Origin: Macrostomum lignano
Lineage: Eukaryota
DNA: 64,000 nt
Direction: 5' to 3'
Assembly (NCBI GenBank): GCA_002269645.1
Contig: NIVC01002046.1
Span: forward strand, 27,922-91,921
The notes beneath the pieces were generated by a model that saw only the letters and a program-made list of their open reading frames with translations, searched no databases and was not told where the DNA came from. This document shows positions 11,401-23,600 of the stretch, one piece after another. The position numbers were made by a program, and so were the translations under genes. Numbering within the stretch: the first letter of the stretch is position 1; each line of letters opens with the position of its first letter.

Positions 11401-14400
11401 TGGGATTCTTCCTGTGTCTCGCTGTGGGATTCTTCCTGTGTCTCAATGTGGGTTTTTCCTGTGCCTCAGTTTGAGATTCGTCTTGTGTCTTGGTGTGGGA
11501 TTCTTCCTGTGTCTCGCTGTGGGATTCTTCCTGTGTCTCAATGTGGGTTTTTCCTGTGCCTCAGTTTGAGATTCGTCTTGTGTCTTGGTGTGGGATTCTT
11601 CCTGTGTCACGGTGTGGGATTCTTCCTGTGTCACGGTGTGGGATTCTTCCTATTTCTCAGTGTGGGATTCTTCCTATTTCTCAGTGTGGGATTCTTCCTG
11701 TGTCACGGTGTGGGATTCTTCCTATTTCTCAGTGTGGGATTCTTCCTATTTCTCAGTGTGGGATTCTTCCTGTGTCTCAGTGTGATATTCTTCCTGTGTC
11801 TTGGTGTGGGATTCTTCCTGTGTCTCGCTGTGGGATTCTTCCTGTGTCTCAATGTGGGTTTTTCCTGTGCCTCAGTTTGAGATTCGTCTTGTGTCTTGGT
11901 GTGTGATTCTTCCTGTGTCTCGCTGTGGGATTCTTCCTGTGTCTCAATGTGGGTTTTTCCTGTGCCTCAGTTTGAGATTCGTCTTGTGTCTTGGTGTGGG
12001 ATTCTTCCTGTGTCACGGTGTGGGATTCTTCCTGTGTCACGGTGTGGGATTCTCCCCGTGTCTCAGTGTGGGGATTCTTCATGTGTCTCAGTGTGGGGAT
12101 TCTTCATGTGTCTCAGTGTGGGATTCTTTATGTGTCTCAGTTTGGGATTCTTTCTGTGTAGGATTCTTGTGTCGCAGTGTGGTATTCTTCCTGGTGTGAG
12201 ATTCTTCATGTGTCTCGGTTCGGGATTCTTTCTGTGTCTCTATGTGGGATTCTTCATGTGATTCGGTGTGGAATTGTTCCTGTGTCTCAGTGTGGGATTC
12301 TTCAAACCGGTGTCTTTTTTAATCAAATAAAAATATTATCCGAATCCAAAATTATTTGCCGCAGCTCTGCAAGCGGAACTGGAGCGGCTCCGTCAGAAGC
12401 AGCTGGCCAGCAGCAGCGGCAGCGAACAGTCGGAGGCGGCCGTCGCCCTGGCGCAGGACAATGCACGCCAGGCGCTGGAGATTTCTGATCTGCGCGACCA
12501 GCTGCAGGCCTGCAAACGGCAGGCGGAGGAGTTGGAGAACTGGAAGCTGGCGCGACTGCAGGCGGAGGCTGTTAAGGAGAACTGCCCGGTGAGATTTTGC
12601 TGGGGTTGTCAATCTGCCAAGCTGTCTGTCTAGCTACTCATGTGTCACTTCTACCATCATGAGAATCTCACATCTGCCATCCCGAGAATCTCACATCTGC
12701 CATCATGAGAATCTCGCATCTACCACCATGAGAATCTCACATCTACCATCATGAGAATCTCACATCTACCATAATGAGAATCTCACATCTACCACCATGA
12801 GAATCCCACATCTACCATCCCGAGAATCTCACATCTACCACCATGAGAATCTCACATCTACCATCCCGAGAATCTCACATCTACCACCATGAGAATCTCA
12901 CATCTACCATCATGAGAATCTCACATCTAACATCCCGAGAACCTCACATCTACCATCATGAGAATCTCACATCTACCATCATGAGAATCTCACATCTACC
13001 ACCATGAGAATCTCACATCTACCATCATGAGAATCTCACATCTACCATACTAATTAAAGAAAGTACAAAATAACCTTGCAGGCGGCTTCCTCGGACACCG
13101 GCAGTCAGACAACCCCAAAATTGTCAGCCACAATATCCACCTCTCCACCCGTGTCAGCCGCCGTTGTCAATCCAGCCGCTCCATCAACGCCATTACGGCA
13201 TCGCCAGTTGTCCATCGTTGACGGCGGTTGTACAGCATCGGCGAATTTGCGTCGATTGAGTTCAACAGCAGCAGCTGGACTGTCAGCAGTTTCGGCTAAC
13301 GTTTCGTTGGCTAATTCCTCTATAGGCTCATTCTCCCCTATGCTGGCTCCCATCAGCCCGGCGGCAGCTCTGGAGGAGTGCTTAGTTGGCCTGCAAGGCA
13401 GTCGCGTACTGTTAGAGACCTGCTTTAACTCCGTGTTAGCTTGGACACCCGCCGATGTTATGCTGGCCCATCTGCACAGTGTATTGGCCGCGTTGATCTC
13501 GGCTGCTGAGGATGACAATGCTGAGCAGCAGCAGCAGCAGGATGACTCTTTGATTGCTTCGGTCAGTCGGACGGCTACGGATCCGCTGAGGTGCATTCGA
13601 GTGGCCGCCGCTGTGCAAGGATTGCTGCACGCGTTCCCGCTGCTGGTGCTGCTGGGTGAGCCTTGGGTGCGCTCCAGTGTGCTGGGGTATGGGATTCAAG
13701 TGTGGGATGTGGGATTCTGAAGTGTGGGGTGTGGGGTTCTGAATTGTGGGGTGTGGGTGTGGGATTCTGAAGTGTATAGGGTGTGGGGTATGGGATTCTG
13801 ATGTGTGGGGTATGGGGTTCTGAAGTGTGGGGTGTGGGTGTGGGATTCTGAAGTGTGGGTGTGGGTTCTGAAGTGTGGGGTGTGGGTGTGGGATTCTGAA
13901 GTGTATGGGGTGTGGGGTATGGGGTTCTGAAGTGTGGGGTTTGGGGTATGAGATTCTGAAGTGTATGGGGTGTGGGGTTTGGGATTCTGAAGTGTATGGG
14001 TGTGGGGTATGGGATTCTGAAGTGTGAGGTGTGGGGTATGGGATTCTGAAGTGTATGGGGTGTGGGATTCTGAAGTGTGGGGTTTGGGGTATGAGATTCT
14101 GAAGTGTATGGGGTGTGGGGTTTGGGATTCTGAAGTGTATGGGTGTGGGGTATGGGATTCTGAAGTGTGAGGTGTGGGGTATGGGATTCTGAAGTGTATG
14201 GGGTGTGGGGTTTGGGGTATGAGATTCTGAAGTGTATGGGGTGTGGGGTATGGGATTCTGAAGTGTATGGGGTGTGGGGTATGGGATTCTGAAGTGTGAG
14301 GTGTGGGGTATGGGATTCTGAAGTGTATGGGGTGTGAGGCATGGGATTCTGAAGTGTATGGGGTGTGGGGTATGGGATTCTGAAGTGTGAGGTGTGGGGT

Positions 14401-16391
14401 ATGGGATTCTGAAGTGTATGGGGTGTGGGGCATGGAGTTCTGAGGTGTGGGGTATGGGATTCTGATTTGTGGGGTATGGTATTTTGAAGTGTGAGTGTGG
14501 GGCATGGGATTCTGATGTGTGGGGGTATGGGGCATACAATTTCGAGGTGTGGGGTGTGATGTATGGTATTTTGAAGTTTGAGGTGTGGGACATGGGATTC
14601 TAAAGTGTATAGGTGTGGGATTCTTTATTAGCTCATATACATGGACGATGAGGGATTTTTAAGTATGGGATTGTTAGAAGCAGCTCACCGTGACTCACAC
14701 CACAACCTAGCTGGTTTGATTCCATGCGAAGCCAATTAATTCATTTGGGGCTTTTGTGCACGAAAATTGGCCAGGGAGGGGGGGGGGGTTTGTGGTCCGA
14801 TTCACAGCCATGAGGGCCAACCCCCAAGGCACTGAGAGTGTACATGCCTGACCGATTAGACAGTCAGAGGGGCACCGACCACCCTGTTTGAGTGTTTCTA
14901 TGTGCTTATGTTCTGGATTCTTCAATCTGTCATTCGGGGCAACAATCTCAGACAACGAAAGCGAACTGCAGCAACAGCAGCAGCAGCATCAGTTGGAGCA
15001 ATCTGCAACAGACGATCAGCTTAACCAGCAGCAGCACTTCTCCAACAACAGCAGCAGCAACAGCCAAACGCTCGGCGATTTCCTGTCCACGAAATGGGAG
15101 CCGCTCCGCTCCCTGGCCGACCGGGCCGTCGCCCTGATGCACGCCGTTCGCTTGGGTGTCGAGCCGCTGGCCAAAGAGGCCGCCGCCGCCTCCATAGCCA
15201 TCTGCTGCCGGCAGCTGGCGCCGCTGATCTACGCCGGCGGCAGCGGCGGGGTGTCCACCTTCCTGAGCTGGCTGGCAGCCAGGCAGTGCCCGACCGACGC
15301 CGTGGGCACCCGGCTGTTGGCCTCGCTGAGGCGGGCGGCTGGCGAACGGCTCAGCCAGCGGTGCGCCAATCTTCGCCGACTGTTGAGTCTGGTTCGATCG
15401 GAGCTGCGAGTTGTAGCGCTCGGCTGCTGCGGCGGCGACAACGTCGTCGGAGGCCTTGCCGACGTGGCCGAAGCTCTGGACGATTTTGTTGGCAGCGTCG
15501 ACTGCCTGCTGGCCGATGCGGCCGGCTCGGCGGCTTTGGTTGCCAGCCGGGAGGCCGAGTTCGACTGCGCCTGCGGCGACGATGCCGACCATGCTGCTGC
15601 CGAGGAGCGGGCCGGCGACGGGGCTGCCGCTGACGCCGACGGATCTCGGCTGGTCAGTCTGGGTGTGGGATTCTTCTGTCTGGGTGTGAGATTCTTCTGT
15701 CTGGGTGTGGGATTCTTCTGTCTGGGTGTGGGATTCATCTGTCTGAGTGTGGGATTCTTCTGTCTGGGTGTGGGATTCTTCTGTCTGGGTGTGGGATTCT
15801 TCTGTCTGAGTGTGGGATTCTTCTGTCTTGGTTTGAGATTATTTTGTCTGAGTGTGGGATTCTTCTGTCTGGGGGTATGGGATTTTTCCGTCTGTGTGTG
15901 GGATTCTTCTGTCTTGGTGTGGGATTCCTCTTTAAACCCTATTGAAGGTGGACAGTTTATTTAAAGCTTCACCCCACCGGCAGGAGCAGGAGGGCACCCC
16001 AACCGCGCCAAGACGACGCCAGCGCCGGCGCCCTCAACCGGAGCGCCTATCCCTGCCAGCATTCAACCAGCGAATCAACTGGATCAATGCCTGTCCGGAG
16101 TTCTTCAAGCACTCCCGAGCTGTGGTGTCGCACTGCCAGCAGACTCTGCGCTACCTGGAGATCCTGCTTGGCGGCAGTCAGCTCGAAATCATCACTGTAG
16201 GCGTGAAATGCCAACACGAGATGCAACGGTTAGACTTAGACTTGGACTGCCTGCCAGTCAGCAAGCTGTTTGACTCGTCAATCGAACCAAGTCGAGCTTG
16301 TCTGCGCCGATTAAAACTGACGCTGGAAGCCGCCTGCGTCAAAGCGGCGGAGCTCGTCATCAGCGGTCGGAATCGGCATCAGCGGCGTTAA
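8446..16391 (+). CDS. KIF14: KIF14-like kinesin-3 motor protein, about 1183 aa; exons 8446-9288, 9647-10412, 12365-12588, 13082-13655, 14952-15652, 15948-16391; no in-frame ATG at the 5' end
   Basis: Motifs VKVAVRIRP, P-loop AYGMTSSGKT, SYYEIYNERIHDLL, LKVREHP, WLALGNKQRATA, SSRSH, DLAGSER, LLTLGKVIS, IPYRESMLTWLLRDSLGGNS, ETLSTLRYA and IVNLVRVNED match the KIF14 subfamily as I recall it. All introns are GT-AG with consistent phases and the exon sum is 3552 nt (divisible by 3). The last acceptor (15948) has an in-frame alternative. Confidence 0.88.
9385..9636. repeat. 30-bp intronic minisatellite GTAGCCACCACTATCCGCCCCTGTCCCCCA
   Basis: About 8 tandem units. Confidence 0.92.
10451..12304. repeat. 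24-bp intronic minisatellite with a 95-bp higher-order repeat
   Basis: Monomer GTGTGGGATTCTTCCTGTGTCTCA. ORF starts recur every 95 bp (11015, 11110, 11205, 11300, 11395, 11490). Confidence 0.95.
12651..13047. repeat. 23-bp intronic minisatellite (copy 2 of 435-716)
   Basis: About 17 tandem units. Confidence 0.92.
13685..14620. repeat. G/T-rich composite intronic minisatellite (copy 2 of 1335-2230)
   Basis: Tandem units read directly. Confidence 0.92.
14672..14848 (+). mobile_element. tRNA-derived SINE-like element (duplicate of 2280-2457)
   Basis: GGTTTGATTCC at 14713-14723; shared 3' module at 14811-14848. Confidence 0.55.
15658..15930. repeat. 21-bp intronic minisatellite (copy 2 of 3307-3618)
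   Basis: Tandem units read directly. Confidence 0.92.
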
Positions 16392-17035
16392 ATCATTTTA
16401 ATAACGATATTTTCTTAACTTTCTACTTAATTCGAGCTGGTCAGTAGTATAAATTAAAATTTTACGCATTTTTCTACAATTCAACCAAAAAGTCAGTTTT
16501 TTGCTACTAAAAGTAGGCCAAAATGGACTTGCAATTGCAACTAATAAGTTTTTTCTTCTACTCCTAGTAGTTCAAAGCGAATTTTTCTACTTTAAAGTGC
16601 TTTTATATTGCTTACATTTTTAATTCCCTTTTGTCGTTATTGTTAGCATTTAAATTTAATATAAATTTCTATGTTCTCTTCTCACAATCACAAGGCTATT
16701 ATAGTCGAAATACACTGGGACAATTATTATGCAATGGCTAAGTATCGATATTTTCTCAACAGTCAACAAGTGTCTTGAACGAATTGGTGTGATTATTTTT
16801 ATTATAATGATTATAAATCATAGAGAAGTTAAAAGCTAAGATTATTTCTTAGGACAGCATTAGCAAAACTAAAAAAGCTTTTGTTAAAAACAGCAGCATT
16901 GAGCAAGTTTATTCGCATTGATGAATAATGTAAAACAGTAGTGCTACTGCTTTCAGTAGTATAAAGTGTTTCTTGATTAACAATATTGTTAGTTGTGCGT
17001 TGCTAAAAGTTAATTCACACAACTAATAGCGCTGT

Positions 17036-17631
17036 AATTGTCACACACCTGGAACTGGGCCTATCTAATTGTCACACCTAAAACTGGGCCTATCTAATTG
17101 TCACACCTGGAACTGAGCTTATCTAATTGTCACACCTGGAACTGAATCCAGCTATAATTGTCACACCCGGAACTGAATCCAGCTATAATTGTCACACCTG
17201 GAACTGAATCCAGCTATAATTGTCACACCTGGAACTGAATCCAGCTATAATTGTCACACCTGGAACTGAATCCAGCTATAATTGTCACACCCGGAACTGA
17301 ATCCAGCTATAATTGTCACACCTGGAACTGAATCCAGCTATAATTGTCACACCTGGAACTGAATCCAGCTATAATTGTCACACCCGGAACTGAATCCAGC
17401 TATAATTGTCACACCTGGAACTGAATCCAGCTATAATTGTCACACCTGGAACTGAATCCAGCTATAATTGTCACACCTGGAACTGAATCCAGCTATAATT
17501 GTCACACCTGGAACTGAATCCAGCTATAATTGTCACACCCGGAACTGAATCCAGCTATAATTGTCACACCTGGAACTGAATCCAGCTATAATTGTCACAC
17601 CTGGAACTGAATCCAGTATATTGTCACACCT
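17036..17631. repeat. 31-bp minisatellite directly after the GH63 stop codon (copy 2 of 4737-6160)
   Basis: About 19 tandem units. Confidence 0.95.
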
Positions 17632-17645
17632 AGTGGACAACCCAG

Positions 17646-20600
17646 TCACTCGGCCACCAGTCTCTTGTGCAGAGTCTGCGCAAACTTCACCACCAGAGCG
17701 GTCCATCCAGTCTGATGGCTGGCACCGCAGCCTCGCCCCGTGTCGCCGTGGAAGTACTCGTAGAACAGGGCGAACTCCGCACCGCGCCACTGGCTAGCGA
17801 ACTCTTTAGCCTCCCCGTGCAGCGGTCGTCGTCGGTTAGTCGCAGCAGTCTGGCCTAGAGAATACGGTATAGAAATAGAAACTTGCAATGAGACAGAGTT
17901 GGTTAGATACTATACTCAGGCACTCATATACACGCTAACACGGTGTTAGTGTAGCTAAGTGTAGCTAAACACAGCGGCCCGGACTTTCTAATCGTCAGGT
18001 AATTACCATCTACGCCGTCGTGTTTGCCAACAAAGATTGACAGCACTCGTTCGCAGACTTGTCTGGCAAAGCGACGCAGCCGGGGATCGGGTCGGCCGCC
18101 TTCGTGCACCCTTAGCGCCGCCTGCACCAGCAGGTAGTTCATGCAGAGCCACACCGGGCCGCGCCAGTTGCTGTTGCCGCCGTACATCCCGGTGCGAGAC
18201 TCGCCCGGCTCGTAGTTTAACGTGGACTGAGCCAGCGTCACCGGGTGCTTCCGGTGCCAGCGAGACACCATGCGTACCCCGTAGGGTCCTTGTGGGGTTG
18301 CGATTTTGTAGTTTTCATTGGTTATAAATTGGTTTATTATTTTTCGTACTTTTCTACTAATGAGTAGGCAAGTTGGAGTATTTCTGTGCTTTTATTGTTG
18401 TAAGCAAATATAGCACAATGACGAAGGGACCTAAGCGCTGTAAGAACCGATTTTGAGTCTGGCGCCAGTGTCTAGGGAATTCTGAGCCTGGCGCCAATGT
18501 CTAGGGAATTCTGAGTGTGGCGCAAATGTCGGAATTCTGAGTGTGGCGCCAATGTCTAGGGAATTCTGAGTGTGGCGCAAATGTCGGAATTCTGAGTGTG
18601 GCGCCAATGTCTAGGGAATTCTGAGTATGGCGCCAATGTCTAGGGAATTCTGAGTGTGGCGCCAAGGCCAGGGAGTTCTGAGTGTGGCGCCAAGGCCAGG
18701 GAGTTCTGAGTGTGGCGCCAAGGCCAGGGAGTTCTGAATGTGGCGCCAAGGCCAGGGAGTTCTGAGTGTGGCGCCAAGGCCAGGGAGTTCTGAGTCTGAG
18801 TAAAGGCCACCCAGCTCACCCAGAAATCCTTCGTCAGCATCGGAGCAGTCTGCGGGGCCCTCCCGCAGCGGGAACAGCCGCTCGAAGACTTTCACCCACT
18901 GCCTGCTGTTCAGCAGAGACACCAAGCAGCGGCTCCCACTGTTGCCAGGTCGTTCAACGCGAAGGCCGCACCTGGAAGTTTTTTGTTGAATTGTGAACTG
19001 ATGCTGTACTCGTGCCACATGGACGCCAGATTGAGTACAGTGGCACTAAATTGAGTACAGAAGCACTAAATTGAGTACAGTGGCACTAAATTGAGTACAG
19101 TGGCACTAAATTGAGTACAGTGGCACTAAATTGAGTACAGTGGCACTAAATTGAGTACAGAAGCACTAAATTGAGTACAGTGGCACTAAATTGAGTACAG
19201 TGGCACTAAATTGAGTACAGTGGCACCAAATTGGGAATTGAGTACAGAAGCACTAAATTGAGTACAGTGGCACTAAATTGAGTACAGTGGCACTAAATTG
19301 AGTACAATGGCACTAAATTGAGTACAGTGGCACTAAATTGAGTACAGTGGAACTGAATTGAGTACAGTGGCACTAAATTGAGTACAGTGGAACTGAATTG
19401 AGTACAGTGGCACTAAATTGAGTACAGTGGCACTAAATTGAGTACAATGGCACTAAATTGAGTACAGTGGCACTAAATTGAGTACAGTGGAACTGAATTG
19501 AGTACAGTGGCACTAAATTGAGTACAGTGGAACTGAATTGAGTACAGTGGCGCCTAATTATGTGCAATACCGCCAGTTAGGTACAGCGGCGCCAAATTCG
19601 TGGCTGTGGCGCCAAACAAAGAACAAAAATTGAGCGCTAAGTTATCAAATTAGGCTGAATGCTTTCGCACCTGTCAATCGCATCAGCAACCGCCTCCCTG
19701 CCAGCCAAGTCGCTCCAGTCGAAGTCCATAACGGCAGTCAGCGGCATCAGGCCCACCATGGACAGGATTCGAACATGGGTCCGCCGCCACACCCCGTCCG
19801 CTCCTCTCTCCTCGAGTATATCAAAGCAGAATCCTTCGGCATCGTCGAAGTGTCGGAAGCCCCGCTGCAGCCTGGCCAGCCAGTCCAGCCAATAGCAGAG
19901 CTCGGAATCTGATTGGCCAGCGGCCGCAGCCAATCGGAGGCAGTGCAGGCCGGTAGCGAACACCCAAGCGTAGGCGTCGGCCTGATAAATCCGACAATTG
20001 TCCGGCACTCGCGACCTGTCAATTGCGCAGATATTGTCCATGCCTAGGAAGCCGCTTTTAAAGTATACGGCGTCCGACTCCGAGTCGTCTGCGGAGCATT
20101 GCGACGCCACTCGGCGATGCCGCAGCCACCAGGCGAAGTTCAGCTTCAGGCGCGGATAAATCCTGCGCGCAAAGTCCAGGTCGCCAGTGGATTTGAACAC
20201 TTCGTATGCCGACCAGGCCAGCACTGGCGGGTTCTCGTCGCTGTAGTTGAACTCGCAGCCGGGAACCTGAGTTTTTTGGGGAGGTTTGAGACTGAGTTGG
20301 AGACGGAATGATTGAGTGTGTGACTGAATGTGTGACTGAGTGTGTGACTGAATGATTGAGTGTGACTGAGTGTGTGACTGAGTGTGTGACTGAATGATTG
20401 AGTGTGACTGAGTGTGTGACAATGTGTGACAATGTGTGACTGAATGTGTGACTGAGTATGGGACTGAGCGTGTGACTGAGCGATTGAGTGTGTGACTGAG
20501 CGTGTAACTGAGTGTGTGACTGAGCGTGTAACTGAGTGTGTAACTGAGTGTGTGACTGAGCGTGTAACTGAGTGTGTGACTGAGTGTGACTGAATGTGTG

Positions 20601-23600
20601 ACTGAGTGTGTGACTGAATGATTGAGTGTGTAACTGAGTGTGTAACTGAGTGTGACTGAATGTGTGACTGAGTGTGTGACTGAATGATTGAGTGTGTGAC
20701 TGAATGTGTGACTGAGTATGGGACTGAATGATTGAGTGTGTAACTGAGTGTGTAACTGAGTGTGACTGAATGTGTGACTGAGTGTGTGACTGAATGATTG
20801 AGTGTGTGACTGAGTGTGTGACTGAATGTGTGACTGAGTATGGGACTGAGCGTGTGACTGAGCGATTGAGTGTGTGACTGAGCGTGTAACTGAGTGTGTA
20901 ACTGAGCGTGTAACTGAGTGTGTGACTGAGTGTGACTGAATGTGTGACTGAGTGCGTGACTGAATGATTGAGTGTGTGACTGAGTGTGTGACTGAATGTG
21001 TGACTGAGTATGGGACTGAGCGTGTGACTGAGCGATTGAGTGTGTGACTGAGCGTGTAACTGAGTGTGTGACTGAGCGTGTAACTGAGTGTGTGACTGAG
21101 TGTGTGACTGAGCGTGTAACTGAGTGTGTGACTGAGTGTGTGACTGAGCGTGTAACTGAGTGTGTGACTGAGTGTGTGACTGAGCGTGTGACTGAGCGTG
21201 TAACTGAGTGTGTAACTGAGTGTGTGACTGAGCGTGTAACTGAGTGTGTGACTGAGTGTGTGACTGAGCGTGTGACTGAGCGTGTAACTGAGTGTGTAAC
21301 TGAGTGTGTGACTGAATATATGATTGATTAACTGAGTGTGCTCAACTGAGTCGGCTGCCTCAACAAGCTGAGTGGCCCACCCGCTCACCTGTCCCTCAGG
21401 CGACATGTACCGATCGCTGAGCATGAGCTCCAGCTGGGCCTTGGCAAAGTCCGGGTCGACGTCAGCCAACACTGCGGCCTGGAAACCGGTGTCCCAGGAG
21501 GCGTACCAGGGGAATTCCCATTTGTCCGGCATGCTGAGAATGTCGGCATTGTCCAGGTGCTCCCAGCCGTGGGGGTTCCACCTGGCGGATTAGATAGGAT
21601 GCGGGCTCCAGACTCTTGAGTAAAAAAATTGTTTGTGTTTGAGGTTATTGAAATCCCAATCTCTACAAATATGAGGCTTTCGAAATCTCACCTCTCTACA
21701 AACAGATCTGATCACAGTCTCACCTATCTAAAAATAGATTTGATCCAAATCTCACCCTTCTACAAACAAATTTGAGTAAAATCTCACCCCTCTACGACAG
21801 TCAGATTTGATCAAAATCTCTTCTATCTACAAACAGATTTGATCAAAATCTCATTCATCTAAAAACATATTTGATCAAAATCTCATTCATCTACAATCAG
21901 ATTGGATCAAAATCTCATTCATTTACAATCAGATTTGATCAAAATCTCATTCATCTGCAATCAGATTTGATCAAAATCTCATTAATCTACAATCAGAGTT
22001 GATCAAAATCTCATTCATCTGCAATCAGATTTGATCAAAATCTCATTAATCTACAATCAGATTTGATCAAAATCTCATTCATCTACAATCAGATTTAATC
22101 AAAATCTCATTCATCTACAATCAGATTTGATCAAAATCTCATTCATCTACAATCAGATTTAATCAAAATCTCATTAATCTACAATCAGATTTGATCAAAA
22201 TCTCATTTATCTACAATCAGATTTGATCAAAATCTCATTAATCTACAATCAGATTTGATCAAAATCTCATTCATCTACAATCAGATTTGATCAAAATCTC
22301 ATTAATCTACAATCAGATTTGATCAAAATCTCATTAATCTACAATCAGATTTGATCAAAATCTCACCCCTCTACAATCAGATTTGATCAAAATCTCACCC
22401 CTCTACAATCAGATTGGATCAAAATCTCATTCATCTACAATCAGATTTGATCAAAATCTCATTAATCTACAATCAGATTTGATCAAAATCTCATTCATCT
22501 ACAATCAGATTTGATCAAAATCTCACCCCTCTACAATCAGATTGGATCAAAATCTCATTCATCTACAATCAGATCTGATCAAAATCTCACCCCTCTACAA
22601 TCAGATTGGATCAAAATCTCATTCATTTACAATCAGATTTGATCAAAATCTCATTCATCTGCAATCAGATTTGATCAAAATCTCATTAATCTACAATCAG
22701 AGTTGATCAAAATCTCATTAATCTACAATCAGATTTAATCAAAATCTCATTAATCTACAATCATATTTGATCAAAATCTCATTCATCTACAATCAGATTT
22801 GATCAAAATCTCATCTCTTTACAAATTATAATGAATAGCATAACAAACTCGCCTCTCACCTGAAAGCATTCCTGATACCGGCAGCCTCCCTGCACTTCAA
22901 GTACCTGGTTGGCCTGTACTCATAGTACTGCTTGCTCCACAGCAGGCCAGAGTAAGCCAGCCGGCAGATCTCAGCCAAGTCGCTGCTGGGATGATAACTT
23001 TCAGGCAGCCAGTCTAAAACCTTGGCATAGAATGCTTCGGTTTTAGCTCGCTGCCTAGCAACCAGCTCGTTAGTAACCAACAGCGGAACTGGGCGGGATT
23101 GCGGCCGGTTGGATAAGCGAACACAGACACTGGCGGCGGCTCCGGGTGCCAGGGTCAACTGGTGCACGGAGCTGCACTTGCTGCCCGCGTCGCGGGCAGG
23201 CGGGGGCGGTCTGAGGGTGTTTAAGATGGGGAAAGCGAATGTGAAATGACGGTGAAAACTATCTGCGTGAATTAGGGATAAACTCTCTTATCTGAATTTT
23301 GAGATTAACTAAGACAAAAAATAGATTGACTTCTAGCTTCTAGCTTCTAGCTAGGCATGTACACTTCACTGTGCCTTTGGGGTTGGCCCTCAAGCTGGGC
23401 GTTAATTGCACGAGCAGAGCCAAGCCGAGATTCCAATTTAACCCCCAAATTGATGTGACTGCACTTGGAATCGAGCCTGGGCCGCTGGCACATCAGAGCG
23501 CTGCGCTGGACCACTGGGCTACGGCACCGCTCTATCGGAGGGTACAGACAGTCTCTATCGGAGGGTACAGACAGTCTCTATCGGAGGGTGCAGACAGTCT

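Noticed and set aside
19637-21532. 631 aa ORF as a single exon with a His/Ser/Thr repeat insert
   Set aside because: A GT donor at 21388 and an AG acceptor at 20267 join GQ|VPGCE as in homologs, so the repeat is intronic.
23450-23528. Functional tRNA gene
   Set aside because: A and B boxes are present but acceptor, anticodon and T stems do not pair; treated as a SINE head.
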